Shown piece by piece: positions 24,423 through 33,336 of a stretch of DNA of 64,000 nucleotides. The stretch is taken from NCBI GenBank assembly GCA_034522495.1, contig JAXHLG010000002.1:1000486-1064485 (forward strand), read 5' to 3'. The notes under the pieces were generated by a model. The model did not search any database, was not told the DNA's origin, and saw only the letters and a program-made list of their open reading frames with translations. Position 1 is the stretch's first letter; each line of letters opens with the position of its first letter. A program made the position numbers and the translations under genes. The stretch is from Candidatus Moraniibacteriota bacterium (GTDB lineage Bacteria; Patescibacteriota; Minisyncoccia; Moranbacterales; DUUL01).

Positions 24423-26300
24423 TTACTCACCAGCGTTTTTATTTTCTATTCCAATTCGATTCTCTTTGATAAAGGCAGTACTTATCAACATGGCACCAAT
24501 TACAAAAAAAGTTATTGTCTTGGTAACAAGAGCCATTTGCCAAAACTCCACAAAGATTAAGCGAGCTACCACCAAGGCAAATAATATGCCTCCGATGGCT
24601 TTAAGGGAAGCATTTCCATCTTTTTTGCCTTTAATGTAAAAAAACAATCCGGCCACCGTATAAATCATTAAAGCAATCATGCTGGCAATGTATTCCCGAT
24701 CCATAAAGTGAAATCCTATCCAAATAGCCGCCATTAGATAAGCCCCGCCAATAATATTAAACGCGTGATAAGATTGAATTTTTTCTTCCGACTTATGCTC
24801 GTCGGCGCTTAAAAAGATTTTGCTTAAAAAAGCCAAAATAAAAGAAGATGCTATCATGACCACCAAAATCATAAAGCTCAAAATCTCTTGCTCGCTTGGA
24901 TTGCCCCCGCCCTCTAGCAGCAGTTCAACAAAATCTTGAAAAAACATTCCCATAGGGAGTAAAAAGAGGGCTACAGGAAGGAGATGATGGCCGCCTTTTC
25001 TTTCCTGATTTTTGAGAGCATACATCCACAAAAACGCAGTTGCAATCACTTCCAAAGTATAGGCAATAATGAGGACATTACCATCAAATTGGAGCGCAGT
25101 GGCTACAAAAATCAGAAATAAAGAAACACTTCCGTAAACCCAAACCGGGGACTTGGAGTTGGAAAGATAATACAAAATATAAGCTCCCAAGCCAAACCCT
25201 AAGGCTCCGATTAAAACAAGTAAGACCTCCAATAATCCGCTGGCAATCATCAAACACCAGACAAGAAAAACCACCCCTAGCATTCCGGCTATAAACATAT
25301 CCTTACCGGAAGGCTTTTCTTGTTTTAAAAGAGTTGCTATGTTAGCAACAAAATAAAGGCCGGCAAAGGTAAAAATAAATATTACATTGACCAAATTTTC
25401 TTCCAGTCCCTCATCTAGATGATAAAAGGCAGAGTAAAAAAACACAAAAAGCAAGGAAAGCAAAGTTAAATTATTCCAGTTTGTTGATCTCACCATCCAC
25501 AAAATACCGGCGGATAGTACGAATAAATACAAGAAAACCATGATAATATCTGCGCTTTCAAAGACAAAAAGAGGGACAGCGTTGCCGAGAATAATAACCA
25601 CAATGGCCATCGCTTGGTTTTGTTGAAACCAGCTCATAATAGAGAGAAACACTACAACACCCAGCATTACCACCAGCGCAAATGAAGGAGCAAAAAAATC
25701 ATATACCTCCACGCCCGCCATGATGGTTATAAGCATGGTAATGGATCCAACAATCGACAAGGCATTACCTTGAATTCGATGATTTTTGGAAAGATAGAAG
25801 CCGATTATGAGCAGAGCCAAACCAAAAATAAGACCTAAGGAAATACGGCCAACGGGGCCAATCCAATCATGAATAAAAGCGTAAGTTACAAACCAGCCCA
25901 GCGCTAAAATTAATAGCATCGCGCCAACCTTCATCGGCCACTCAATGGACAACCAGTGGAAGAGATCTTCCAGCCAGCTGGAATTATCTGCTTCTTGCTC
26001 ACTTGAGCGTTTTTGTGATTCAGTCAGCTGACTCTCAACTATTTTCCTATCCTGCTTTGCAACTGACCTTCCGCTTTTTTCCCTGATAATGGGAGATTCT
26101 TTAAAATTAGAATTATGAGCCGATTCATTTCTTTCTTGGCTTGTCTGCTCTTCTGGCAACGCAGCCCTCTCCTCATCATCTGAAGGCAAAGGCTCTGAGT
26201 CCTTCTTTAGTTCCTTTACTTGCCTCTCCAGTTTGGTAATTCTATTGCTAACTACTACAAAAAAGATAATTGCCATTATAAATGCTATTGCTCCAAACAT
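24423..26300 (-). CDS. Polytopic membrane protein, DUF2339-like
   Basis: An N-terminal TM is followed by a short coiled coil (ITKLERQVKELKK) and a charged linker, then roughly 15 or more predicted TM helices. This architecture is typical of DUF2339. Confidence 0.55.
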   Translation of the reverse strand: MFGAIAFIMAIIFFVVVSNRITKLERQVKELKKDSEPLPSDDEERAALPEEQTSQERNESAHNSNFKESPIIREKSGRSVAKQDRKIVESQLTESQKRSSEQEADNSSWLEDLFHWLSIEWPMKVGAMLLILALGWFVTYAFIHDWIGPVGRISLGLIFGLALLIIGFYLSKNHRIQGNALSIVGSITMLITIMAGVEVYDFFAPSFALVVMLGVVVFLSIMSWFQQNQAMAIVVIILGNAVPLFVFESADIIMVFLYLFVLSAGILWMVRSTNWNNLTLLSLLFVFFYSAFYHLDEGLEENLVNVIFIFTFAGLYFVANIATLLKQEKPSGKDMFIAGMLGVVFLVWCLMIASGLLEVLLVLIGALGFGLGAYILYYLSNSKSPVWVYGSVSLFLIFVATALQFDGNVLIIAYTLEVIATAFLWMYALKNQERKGGHHLLPVALFLLPMGMFFQDFVELLLEGGGNPSEQEILSFMILVVMIASSFILAFLSKIFLSADEHKSEEKIQSYHAFNIIGGAYLMAAIWIGFHFMDREYIASMIALMIYTVAGLFFYIKGKKDGNASLKAIGGILFALVVARLIFVEFWQMALVTKTITFFVIGAMLISTAFIKENRIGIENKNAGE

Positions 26301-26386
26301 TTTTTATTTATTATTTATTAACGTGAATGACGAATTTGATTCACTAATGCAATTTTGTAACTACCAAATAAATCTTCCTGCAATTT

Positions 26387-26632
26387 TCACCCTTGGTTAA
26401 TTCTATTCAGGGTATCTTCCATTTTGTCCAATCGGCGGAAGAGTTGTTGGAAGCTGTCTTGCACTTCCCTTTCAAAATCCTGCCTGTCTTGATTTGCTTT
26501 TTCAACATCTCTTTTGAATTCCTCCATCTCTTTTTGGAAATTCTCCCCTTCTCTTCTAAATTCCTCTATTTCCCTTTTCATTTCTTCCTGATTTTCGGCG
26601 ATTAGATCGACTTGTCGATTTATATTGTCCAT
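26387..26632 (-). CDS. Small coiled-coil protein (81 aa)
   Basis: The sequence contains E/R/F repeats (EMKREIEEFRREGENFQKEMEEFKRDVEKANQDRQDFEREVQ). I recognised no family. Confidence 0.4.
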   Translation of the reverse strand: MDNINRQVDLIAENQEEMKREIEEFRREGENFQKEMEEFKRDVEKANQDRQDFEREVQDSFQQLFRRLDKMEDTLNRINQG

Positions 26633-26695
26633 TTTGTTTTAGTTAATAATAAACTTTAATCTAGAATAGCACAGAAAAATTCATATGCAAAGACG

Positions 26696-26717
26696 AAGCC
26701 GGGAGAATTCCCGGCTT
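26696..26717. terminator. GC-rich hairpin, probable terminator of the sat-cysC-small ORF unit
   Basis: The hairpin aagccggga-gaa-ttcccggctt lies 21 nt downstream of the 26738 stop. The T-run is weak. Confidence 0.45.
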
Positions 26718-26737
26718 AATGAATATATGTTGAAAAA

Positions 26738-26956
26738 TTAGCTTTTCAACGTTTTTTTGATTGCTTCCCTGCGACATCTGTCGCAGATAGTGTCTTTTTT
26801 CTTTCCATTGCCATTTCTTTTAGCTTCTTCAGAACGAAGCTTTTTCTCGTTTTTGCGGCAATCCCTTTCGTTGAAAGGCACTCCGCATAGGCCCTTGATG
26901 CTCTTGCGTTGGCCGCCATTGCTTTCCCTCATAACACTCCCGATCAAGCTTGCCAT
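26738..26956 (-). CDS. Small basic Cys4 protein (72 aa), possible zinc ribbon
   Basis: I placed the start at the ATG preceded by AAGGAGG (revcomp of 26957-26970). The cysteines occur as C-x8-C ... C-x2-C (GLCGVPFNERDC ... ICDRC). Confidence 0.4.
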   Translation of the reverse strand: MASLIGSVMRESNGGQRKSIKGLCGVPFNERDCRKNEKKLRSEEAKRNGNGKKKDTICDRCRREAIKKTLKS

Positions 26957-27000
26957 AAAAAACCTCCTTGGCATGTTTTACCCAATTCCAAAAACCCAGC

Positions 27001-27546
27001 CTAACTTATAAAACCCTCTTTTTTTAAATAATCCATAACTTTTAAAGAACACTCCTCAGGCGCAGAATTTTCCGTTAGAATCTCCAGATCCGGATTTTGC
27101 GGAGCGTCGTAGGGATCGGAGATGCCGGTGAAATTTTTGATTTCCCCCGCTCTGGCTCTTTTATACAAGCCTTTCACGTCCCTTTTTTCACAAACCTCCA
27201 AAGGGGTGTTGACAAATATTTCAATGAACCCGGTTACATTTTTTCTCAATTCGTCCCTTTGATTTTTGTAGGGAGAAATGAAGGAGGCAATCACTCCCAC
27301 TCCGTGTTTGGAAAGCAGATTGGAAACAAAGCCAATCCTGCGGATGTTTTCATCCCGATCTTCCTTGGAAAAAGTCAGCCCTTTGGTTAACGACTCCCGG
27401 ACCACGTCCCCGTCCAGTCTTTCAATCCTGTTGCCGTTGGTTTTCAGCTGTTTGTAAACCTCGTCGGCAATAGTGCTTTTCCCCGCCCCGGAAAGGCCGG
27501 TGAACCACAAAACAAACCCTTTCAGATTTTCGTTATATTTATTCAT
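27001..27546 (-). CDS. cysC: Adenylyl-sulfate (APS) kinase
   Basis: The P-loop GLSGAGKSTIA and the segments RLDGDVVRE ... EDRDENIRRIGFV are present. It is 181 aa. Confidence 0.9.
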   Translation of the reverse strand: MNKYNENLKGFVLWFTGLSGAGKSTIADEVYKQLKTNGNRIERLDGDVVRESLTKGLTFSKEDRDENIRRIGFVSNLLSKHGVGVIASFISPYKNQRDELRKNVTGFIEIFVNTPLEVCEKRDVKGLYKRARAGEIKNFTGISDPYDAPQNPDLEILTENSAPEECSLKVMDYLKKEGFIS

Positions 27547-28630
27547 CTTCTACAAATATTTTCTTACGCTTAATTAAAAATTCATAAACCTCCGGCCGTA
27601 AAATATATTCCGGAGGCATTTCTTTTTTGCTCAAATACTCCCTGAGCTTGGTCCCGCTAAAATTTATTCTACTTTTTTCAGCGCTTTCGTCAATAAAACA
27701 ATGATCATCTTTTGCGGAATCAAAAACTACTTCGGGAAATTTCAGTATCTCTATGCCCAATTCCCGCCTATCCAGGGTATCAAAAATTTTCTGCGCGTCA
27801 AACGGTCCGTAAAAATCCCCCACTCCCGCGTGGTCCCGGCCGACAATAAAATGAGTGCAGCCGAAATTTCTTCTGATGATAGCGTGAAAAACCGCTTCTC
27901 GGGGGCCGGCGTAGCGCATTTCCAAGGGAAGCGCCGACAAAAGCGCTTTGCCCGGGGGGAAATTTTTTTTCAACATGACCTTATAGCTTTCAATAATAAT
28001 CTCGTCCAAAAAGTCTCCCGGCTTCTTCCTGCCGATTACCGGATGAACCAGAACGCCGTCGGCAAACTCCAAAGCCTTCCTTTGAAGAAATTCATGCCCT
28101 CGGTGGGGAATGTTGCGCGTCTGAAAAGCGGCTACCGCGCTCCATCCTCTTTTTTTAAAATAACTCCTGGTTTCGTCCGGTTTTTTGAAAGCTTTTCCGC
28201 ATAATTCTCTGCCCAAATCCCGAGTCAATTCCACCTCTCCGCCCAGCAAAAAATTTTTCATGGCATAAACCTTGGCCGCTCCCGGGTGTTCGAGGCTGGA
28301 GGTTTTAAAGACTTGCTTGGCAAAAAAATCTTTATCAAACCGAAAGGCTTCCGGCTTTTTCAAGAATCCCAATTTTTTTCCATCCGGGCCGATCAAGACA
28401 GCCTTTTCTTTTCCGTTAATTTTTTCCGCGGTTTCTTTGTCCACGTCAAGAACAATGGGAATAGACCAAATTTCTCCACTTTTCAACCGCATGTGTTTCA
28501 ACACCGAAACAAAATCGGCTTCCCGGAGAAAGCCTTTGAGCGGGCGATAAGCTCCGCTTTTGATGTTGAGAACATCTTTTGTTCTCTCCAGGTCCAAAAC
28601 TATGGACTCGCAACTTTTTTCTTTTTCCAT
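27539..28630 (-). CDS. sat: Sulfate adenylyltransferase (ATP sulfurylase, homo-oligomeric Sat type)
   Basis: The motifs QTRNIPHRGHEFL and HFIVGRDHAGVG are present. The gene overlaps cysC by 8 nt. Confidence 0.9.
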   Translation of the reverse strand: MEKEKSCESIVLDLERTKDVLNIKSGAYRPLKGFLREADFVSVLKHMRLKSGEIWSIPIVLDVDKETAEKINGKEKAVLIGPDGKKLGFLKKPEAFRFDKDFFAKQVFKTSSLEHPGAAKVYAMKNFLLGGEVELTRDLGRELCGKAFKKPDETRSYFKKRGWSAVAAFQTRNIPHRGHEFLQRKALEFADGVLVHPVIGRKKPGDFLDEIIIESYKVMLKKNFPPGKALLSALPLEMRYAGPREAVFHAIIRRNFGCTHFIVGRDHAGVGDFYGPFDAQKIFDTLDRRELGIEILKFPEVVFDSAKDDHCFIDESAEKSRINFSGTKLREYLSKKEMPPEYILRPEVYEFLIKRKKIFVEDE

Positions 28631-28675
28631 TTTTTATGTTATGGGAATTAAGCAGTTGCATTTTATTAATTCAGG

Positions 28676-28879
28676 AATTACGCGATTGCGCTTCTACAGC
28701 GCCGAGAGCAAAGCAAGGCTTGGTTTTATGCGCACATTCCTTTTCATCTTGTGAAGATACGCTTGAAAGAAAAACAATTAGCTTCTAAAATCTTTTTTCG
28801 AGCGAATGCAAAAACCGAACCTTGCTTTGCTCTCTTTGATATAAATAATTTAGCAAGCAAGAAGCTTAACCGCGTAATT
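28676..28879. repeat. ~204-nt long hairpin element (family F, full copy)
   Basis: The ends aattacgcg and cgcgtaatt pair. A 24-bp inner helix forms between gagagcaaagcaaggcttggtttt and aaaaccgaaccttgctttgctctc. A left-arm homologue lies at 63617-63680. Confidence 0.75.
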
Positions 28880-29015
28880 ACTATAATTATCAGACTAATT
28901 CAATAACCTAAGATTCATAGACCAAGGTTCAGTCCTGGGAATAATTTGTTGGCATTCGGAAAACCCGGTTTTGCTTATTCCTTGTTCCTTGCCGCTTGCT
29001 CCTTGCTACTTGCTC

Positions 29016-29804
29016 CTATTCAAGCTCCCGCAAGACCGATTCATGAAAACGGCCATTGCTGGCAACAATTCCTTCTTTCAAGTAGGGTTCATTTTTGTTG
29101 TATTGAATTTTTCGACCCCTCTTGTCTGTCACTTCCCCGCCGGCCTCTTCCAGAATGATCTCCGGCGCGCATAAATCCCATTCCCCCATCCCGCTGCCGG
29201 TGTTGAGGAAAAGCTCCGCCTCTCCTTTGGCAATAAGGCCAATTTTGATGCCATTGCTGCCGACTTTCTTCATTTTATTGATTCCCAGCTTCTGAGAAAT
29301 TTGCTCATCTTCCGGCTTTAGGTGGTTGCGGCTCACCACCATTCTGGCTTTTTTGGAGTCGTCAATAGAGGTGGTTTCCAGTTTTTCAGATTGATTAGCG
29401 CCGATTTCCAAGAAAGCTCCTTTGCCTTTTTCCGACCAATAAAGCTCGCCGGTTGCCGGCAGATAAACAGCGCCCAGCGCCGGACGGCCGTTTTCGGCCA
29501 ACGCCGCCATAACGGAAAACTCGCCGGTTTCCTGAACAAAATCCATGGTGCCGTCCAAGGGGTCTATGATCCAAACTTTGCCGATTTTAAGCCGGTCAAG
29601 ATCATCTTCGTTTTCTTCGGAAAGTATCGGGTATCCCGCGCCGGCCAAATTTTCGCACAAAATCTTATTGGAAGCCAAATCAGCCTCGGTCAAAGGGCTT
29701 TCGTCTTTCTTGTATTCCACTTTGGCTTCCTTTTTTTTGTAATACCGCAAGGCTGCGTCTCCCGCCTCCTTGACCGCCTTTTTTAGCAAATTTAGGTCGT
29801 TCAT
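29016..29804 (-). CDS. cysQ: 3'(2'),5'-bisphosphate nucleotidase / inositol monophosphatase family
   Basis: The motifs WIIDPLDGT and SEENED are present, with a GSNGIKIGLIAKGEAELF region. I placed the start at ATG 29804, preceded by aaagagg. The track start at 29831 is a TTG. Confidence 0.75.
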   Translation of the reverse strand: MNDLNLLKKAVKEAGDAALRYYKKKEAKVEYKKDESPLTEADLASNKILCENLAGAGYPILSEENEDDLDRLKIGKVWIIDPLDGTMDFVQETGEFSVMAALAENGRPALGAVYLPATGELYWSEKGKGAFLEIGANQSEKLETTSIDDSKKARMVVSRNHLKPEDEQISQKLGINKMKKVGSNGIKIGLIAKGEAELFLNTGSGMGEWDLCAPEIILEEAGGEVTDKRGRKIQYNKNEPYLKEGIVASNGRFHESVLRELE

Positions 29805-30086
29805 ATATAATCGCCTCTTTAATTTCGACAAAATTAATTTGAACTAGAAAAATGAACAAAACACAAATTCCAATGAACAAATAATACACAAAACACATTT
29901 CCAAAAACACAAACACAAGTAATTTTGTGACTAGTGACTAGTGACTAGTCATCGGTCATCGGTCATCAAAACAATTTTCTTAATTTCCTAACAATTCAAC
30001 AATGAAACAATGGAACAATTTCTATAAATCTCAACCGTATTTCAATTTATATCCACCATATATCAACCATATATCTCACTATAAGT

Positions 30087-30620
30087 TTATCTATCCTTCC
30101 CAATCTCCAATATCTTTTTCTCTTCTTCCGACTGGGGTTTGCTTTTAATCGCGTCAATTTTTTTCGTCAAAGCTTTGTCGATTTTCTCCAAAACCTTGAA
30201 GGGGTGGGATTTGTGATAGTTGGCGGCAAATTCCATAAAAATCTTTTTTTGAATATTTTCCGGCATTTCTTCTTTAAGCTCGGTTATTAGGGTGTCAGGC
30301 GCGAAAAGATAAATTTCCGAGCAACCTTCCAGCTGCTCTCGATGATTTTTCAAAAAATCCTTGAGCTTTTGAAAAAAATCTCTTTTTATATCACCATCCT
30401 TTATTTCGCCAACAGTTCCGGCTCTTATCGTTCCCACATTTTTGCCTCTGCTCATGAAAAATCCTTCTTTGTCGGAATACCTGGGATTTTCCACTTCAAA
30501 ACTTTCCAGTTTTTCAACACTCCCTTGGTAGGCTCTGTAAAGCTCCAGCCCGTGCTTGGCCGAAACGATAATCAAGGCTTCCTTGATGTTGAACTGGGGC
30601 AGGTCTTTAGATATTTGCAT
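30087..30620 (-). CDS. Hypothetical protein, possibly host-attachment / eRF1-domain-like (baeRF) family
   Basis: The pattern ALIIVSAKHGLELYRA ... RDFFQKLKDFLKNH ... EIYLFAPDTLITELKEEMPENIQKKI resembles Host_attach-type proteins. This is by eye only. Confidence 0.35.
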   Translation of the reverse strand: MQISKDLPQFNIKEALIIVSAKHGLELYRAYQGSVEKLESFEVENPRYSDKEGFFMSRGKNVGTIRAGTVGEIKDGDIKRDFFQKLKDFLKNHREQLEGCSEIYLFAPDTLITELKEEMPENIQKKIFMEFAANYHKSHPFKVLEKIDKALTKKIDAIKSKPQSEEEKKILEIGKDR

Positions 30621-31345
30621 GTTTATTTATTTGCTTAATGTTTAGTCATCATTCAATACGAAAAAATAATAAACTTAATTCAGTGATGTTACGCACTTGC
30701 TGTTTATTTAGCCTAATTTGGATATATTTATCAACTCTTGCTAAAGAGGTTCAGTCTCTTTAAGAGGCTGAACCTCTACCCGAAGCAATTGCTTAACATC
30801 AGCTAATTCAGTCTTTTTTTTATTGTACCTTTTTTGGAAAAATAAGCAAATTTAAATATCATTGCCCCATTGTTTCATTGTTTTTTAGATGGAATGTCCA
30901 ACTTTTACCGCATTGAGATTATACGTGGCGGATCAATTCATCTGTTTTCTCGCAAATCTGCAAACCAAGAACGAGCCGGCGCACAAATCCTTTCACTATA
31001 AAGAAAAGGGGGCTTGATCGAGTTTGACCAAGCCCCTATATATAGACAGTCCGAGAGGAAAATTCCCCGGGAGGAAAATTCCCCGGACTGATGCCGGCAT
31101 GATATGCCGCTAAAAATTAATGGGCTCAAAAGGAGGAGGTTTTTTGGAGGTTTGCCCAAAAATTTTGCCGACATATCATCCAGCTTATGCCACTATAACT
31201 TATTTTGATTTGCTGTCAAGAGTCCTTGTTCTTCTTGTTATACTCCTCCTTGCTTGCTTTGTGATTTATCCGCCTTGCCAGAAGGAAGCTCTTGATTTAG
31301 AATATATTTACCAAAGTTGTAAGTCATTAAAAATAACGGAATCAA

Positions 31346-32401
31346 ATGCATAAAGCGAAGCAAACCAGAACGGTAAAGGTGGGAAATCTTAAGCTGGGTG
31401 GAAAAAATCCGGTGAGAGTACAGTCCATGTGCGACACGGACACCAGGGACGCGAAAGGCACTATCAATCAAATTCAGGAATTGGAAAAGGCCGGCTGTGA
31501 AATCATCCGGGTAGCCGTTCCGGATATGGAAGCCGCCAAAGTTTTGGGGAAGATCAAGAAACAAATTCGCATTCCCCTGGTAGCCGACATCCATTTTGAT
31601 TACCGGCTGGCTTTGGAGTCTATTGCCCAAGGCGTGGATAAGGTTCGAATCAATCCCGGCAATATTGGATCGGAAGAAAAAGTTAGAAAAGTAGTCGAAG
31701 CTTGCCGGGCGAAAAAGGTGCCGATCCGAATCGGGGTCAACGGGGGATCTTTGGAAAAGAACCTCTTAGAAAAATACGGGCAAACGCCTGAGGCGGCTGT
31801 GGAGTCGGCCATGAGGCATGTCCGGATTCTGGAGAAGCTGAACTTTTTTGATATCTTAATTTCCATTAAATTCAGCGACGTTAGGCCCATGATAGAATCT
31901 TACCGGCTGTTGTCCCAAAAGGTTGACTACCCTCTTCACTTGGGAGTAACTCATGCCGGAACCAAAACCGTAGGCACTATAAAAAATTCCATCGGCATCG
32001 GAACTCTCCTGGAAGAAGGCATCGGCGCCACCTTGCGGGTTTCCTTGACCGCCCCGCTGGAAGAAGAAGTCAAGGTGGGATGGAATATCTTGGAGGCGTT
32101 GGACTTAAGAAAAAGGGGGCCTAAATTAATCACTTGCCCCACCTGCGGGAGAACGGAAATCGACCTAATGACTTTGGCCGAAGAGGTGGAAAAAGAATTG
32201 CAGAAAATAAAAAAACCCATCACGGTAGCGGTAATGGGATGCGTAGTCAACGGCCCCGGCGAGGCCAAGGAAGCCGACGCAGGCATAGCCGGAGGCCGAG
32301 GCAAGGGCGCCGTCTTTTCCAAGGGAAAGATAATCAAAACAGTCCCGGAGGAAGAGCTCCTGCCGGCCTTGCTGGAAGAGATCAAAAGACTGGAAAAATA
32401 A
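31346..32401 (+). CDS. ispG: 4-hydroxy-3-methylbut-2-en-1-yl diphosphate synthase (MEP pathway)
   Basis: The motifs VKVGNLKLGGKNPVRVQSMCDTDTRD, RINPGNIG, and the Fe-S cysteines ITCPTCGRTEID ... MGCVVNGPGE are present. Confidence 0.92.
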   Translation: MHKAKQTRTVKVGNLKLGGKNPVRVQSMCDTDTRDAKGTINQIQELEKAGCEIIRVAVPDMEAAKVLGKIKKQIRIPLVADIHFDYRLALESIAQGVDKVRINPGNIGSEEKVRKVVEACRAKKVPIRIGVNGGSLEKNLLEKYGQTPEAAVESAMRHVRILEKLNFFDILISIKFSDVRPMIESYRLLSQKVDYPLHLGVTHAGTKTVGTIKNSIGIGTLLEEGIGATLRVSLTAPLEEEVKVGWNILEALDLRKRGPKLITCPTCGRTEIDLMTLAEEVEKELQKIKKPITVAVMGCVVNGPGEAKEADAGIAGGRGKGAVFSKGKIIKTVPEEELLPALLEEIKRLEK

Positions 32402-32423
32402 TCAGGCTTCCAAAATAAACGTA

Positions 32424-32455
32424 AAAACCGCTTCATTGGAGGCGGTTTTGTGTTT
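32424..32455 (+). terminator. Rho-independent terminator after ispG
   Basis: The hairpin aaaaccgc-ttcattggag-gcggtttt is followed by gtgtttg. Confidence 0.6.
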
Positions 32456-32708
32456 GTGAAGAAATAATGAAATAAAATTTATACAAGCAATGTAGAATAT
32501 ATACTTACCCAAAATACAACTTTTTTCAAACATCAAGAAAATTATGTAGGGTAAAAGTACATAAAAATAAACCAAAAAAATGAAATCGCAAAACAACGCT
32601 TATTTCAATCTTAATGTGAACGGTTTTAAAAGTTTTCATCAAAAGAAAGCTGCTGATTTAAAGCAGTCTTTTTTTATAAAAATTCAAAAAAGAAAGGGGG
32701 TGATAAGA

Positions 32709-33266
32709 ATGAAAAAATACATAGGTTTAGGCGTGTTTGCGTTGGCATTTTCCGTAATGGTGCTTCCGGCTTTTGCTGAAGGACACAGGGGAAACCGCGG
32801 AAACGACGAACTGGAAGTTAAGAACTACAATCGAGCTTACATCACTAACAACGTAGATAGCGAGAGCAACACTGGTTATAACGAGGCTAACCGCAATGCC
32901 GGCATAGGAAGAATAACCACCGGAAACGCTGTTGCTGACTCCCTCTCCAATACCACAGCTAACGAGAATAGAACAGTGATAGAGTGCACTGACTGTTTAA
33001 TGGGTATCGACAAGATGGAAGTCAAAAACTCAAACAGCATTCGCGTAAAGAATGACGTAGAAGCCGATGCCGACACCGGTAACAATGAAGCTAACAGTAA
33101 TAAAAGTGTTACAGTGACTTACAAGAAAAAGTCATGTCGCGGAAATTACCATAGACCCAGCAAAGTGATTGAAACTGAAGGAAGAGGAGTCATTGAGACC
33201 GGAAACGCTCAATCGGTTGCTACCGCCTTTACGACGGTTAACTCAAATATTACCCGTATAAGGTAA
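32709..33266 (+). CDS. Secreted protein with two 'SNTGxN ... TGNA' repeat modules
   Basis: I placed the start at the ATG preceded by aaagggggtg. The signal peptide is MKKYIGLGVFALAFSVMVLPAFA. The modules read NNVDSESNTGYNEANRN..GRITTGNAVADS and NDVEADADTGNNEANSN...VIETGNAQSVAT. Confidence 0.6.
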   Translation: MKKYIGLGVFALAFSVMVLPAFAEGHRGNRGNDELEVKNYNRAYITNNVDSESNTGYNEANRNAGIGRITTGNAVADSLSNTTANENRTVIECTDCLMGIDKMEVKNSNSIRVKNDVEADADTGNNEANSNKSVTVTYKKKSCRGNYHRPSKVIETEGRGVIETGNAQSVATAFTTVNSNITRIR

Positions 33267-33282
33267 TTTTTTTGAGCAATCA

Positions 33283-33311
33283 GGAAACCGGGGGGCTCCC
33301 CCCCGGTTTCC
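33283..33311 (+). terminator. GC hairpin downstream of 32709-33266
   Basis: The hairpin is ggaaaccgggggg-ct-cccccccggtttcc. There is no T-run, so it may be an attenuating or processing hairpin. Confidence 0.4.
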
Positions 33312-33336
33312 CTGCCGAAACTAATTTAACAATAAC

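Noticed and set aside
31048-31090. RNase P RNA (gaggaaaattcc resembles GAGGAAAGUCC)
   Set aside because: The motif is part of a local tandem duplication. The other universally conserved RNase P regions are not present in the correct order on either strand.
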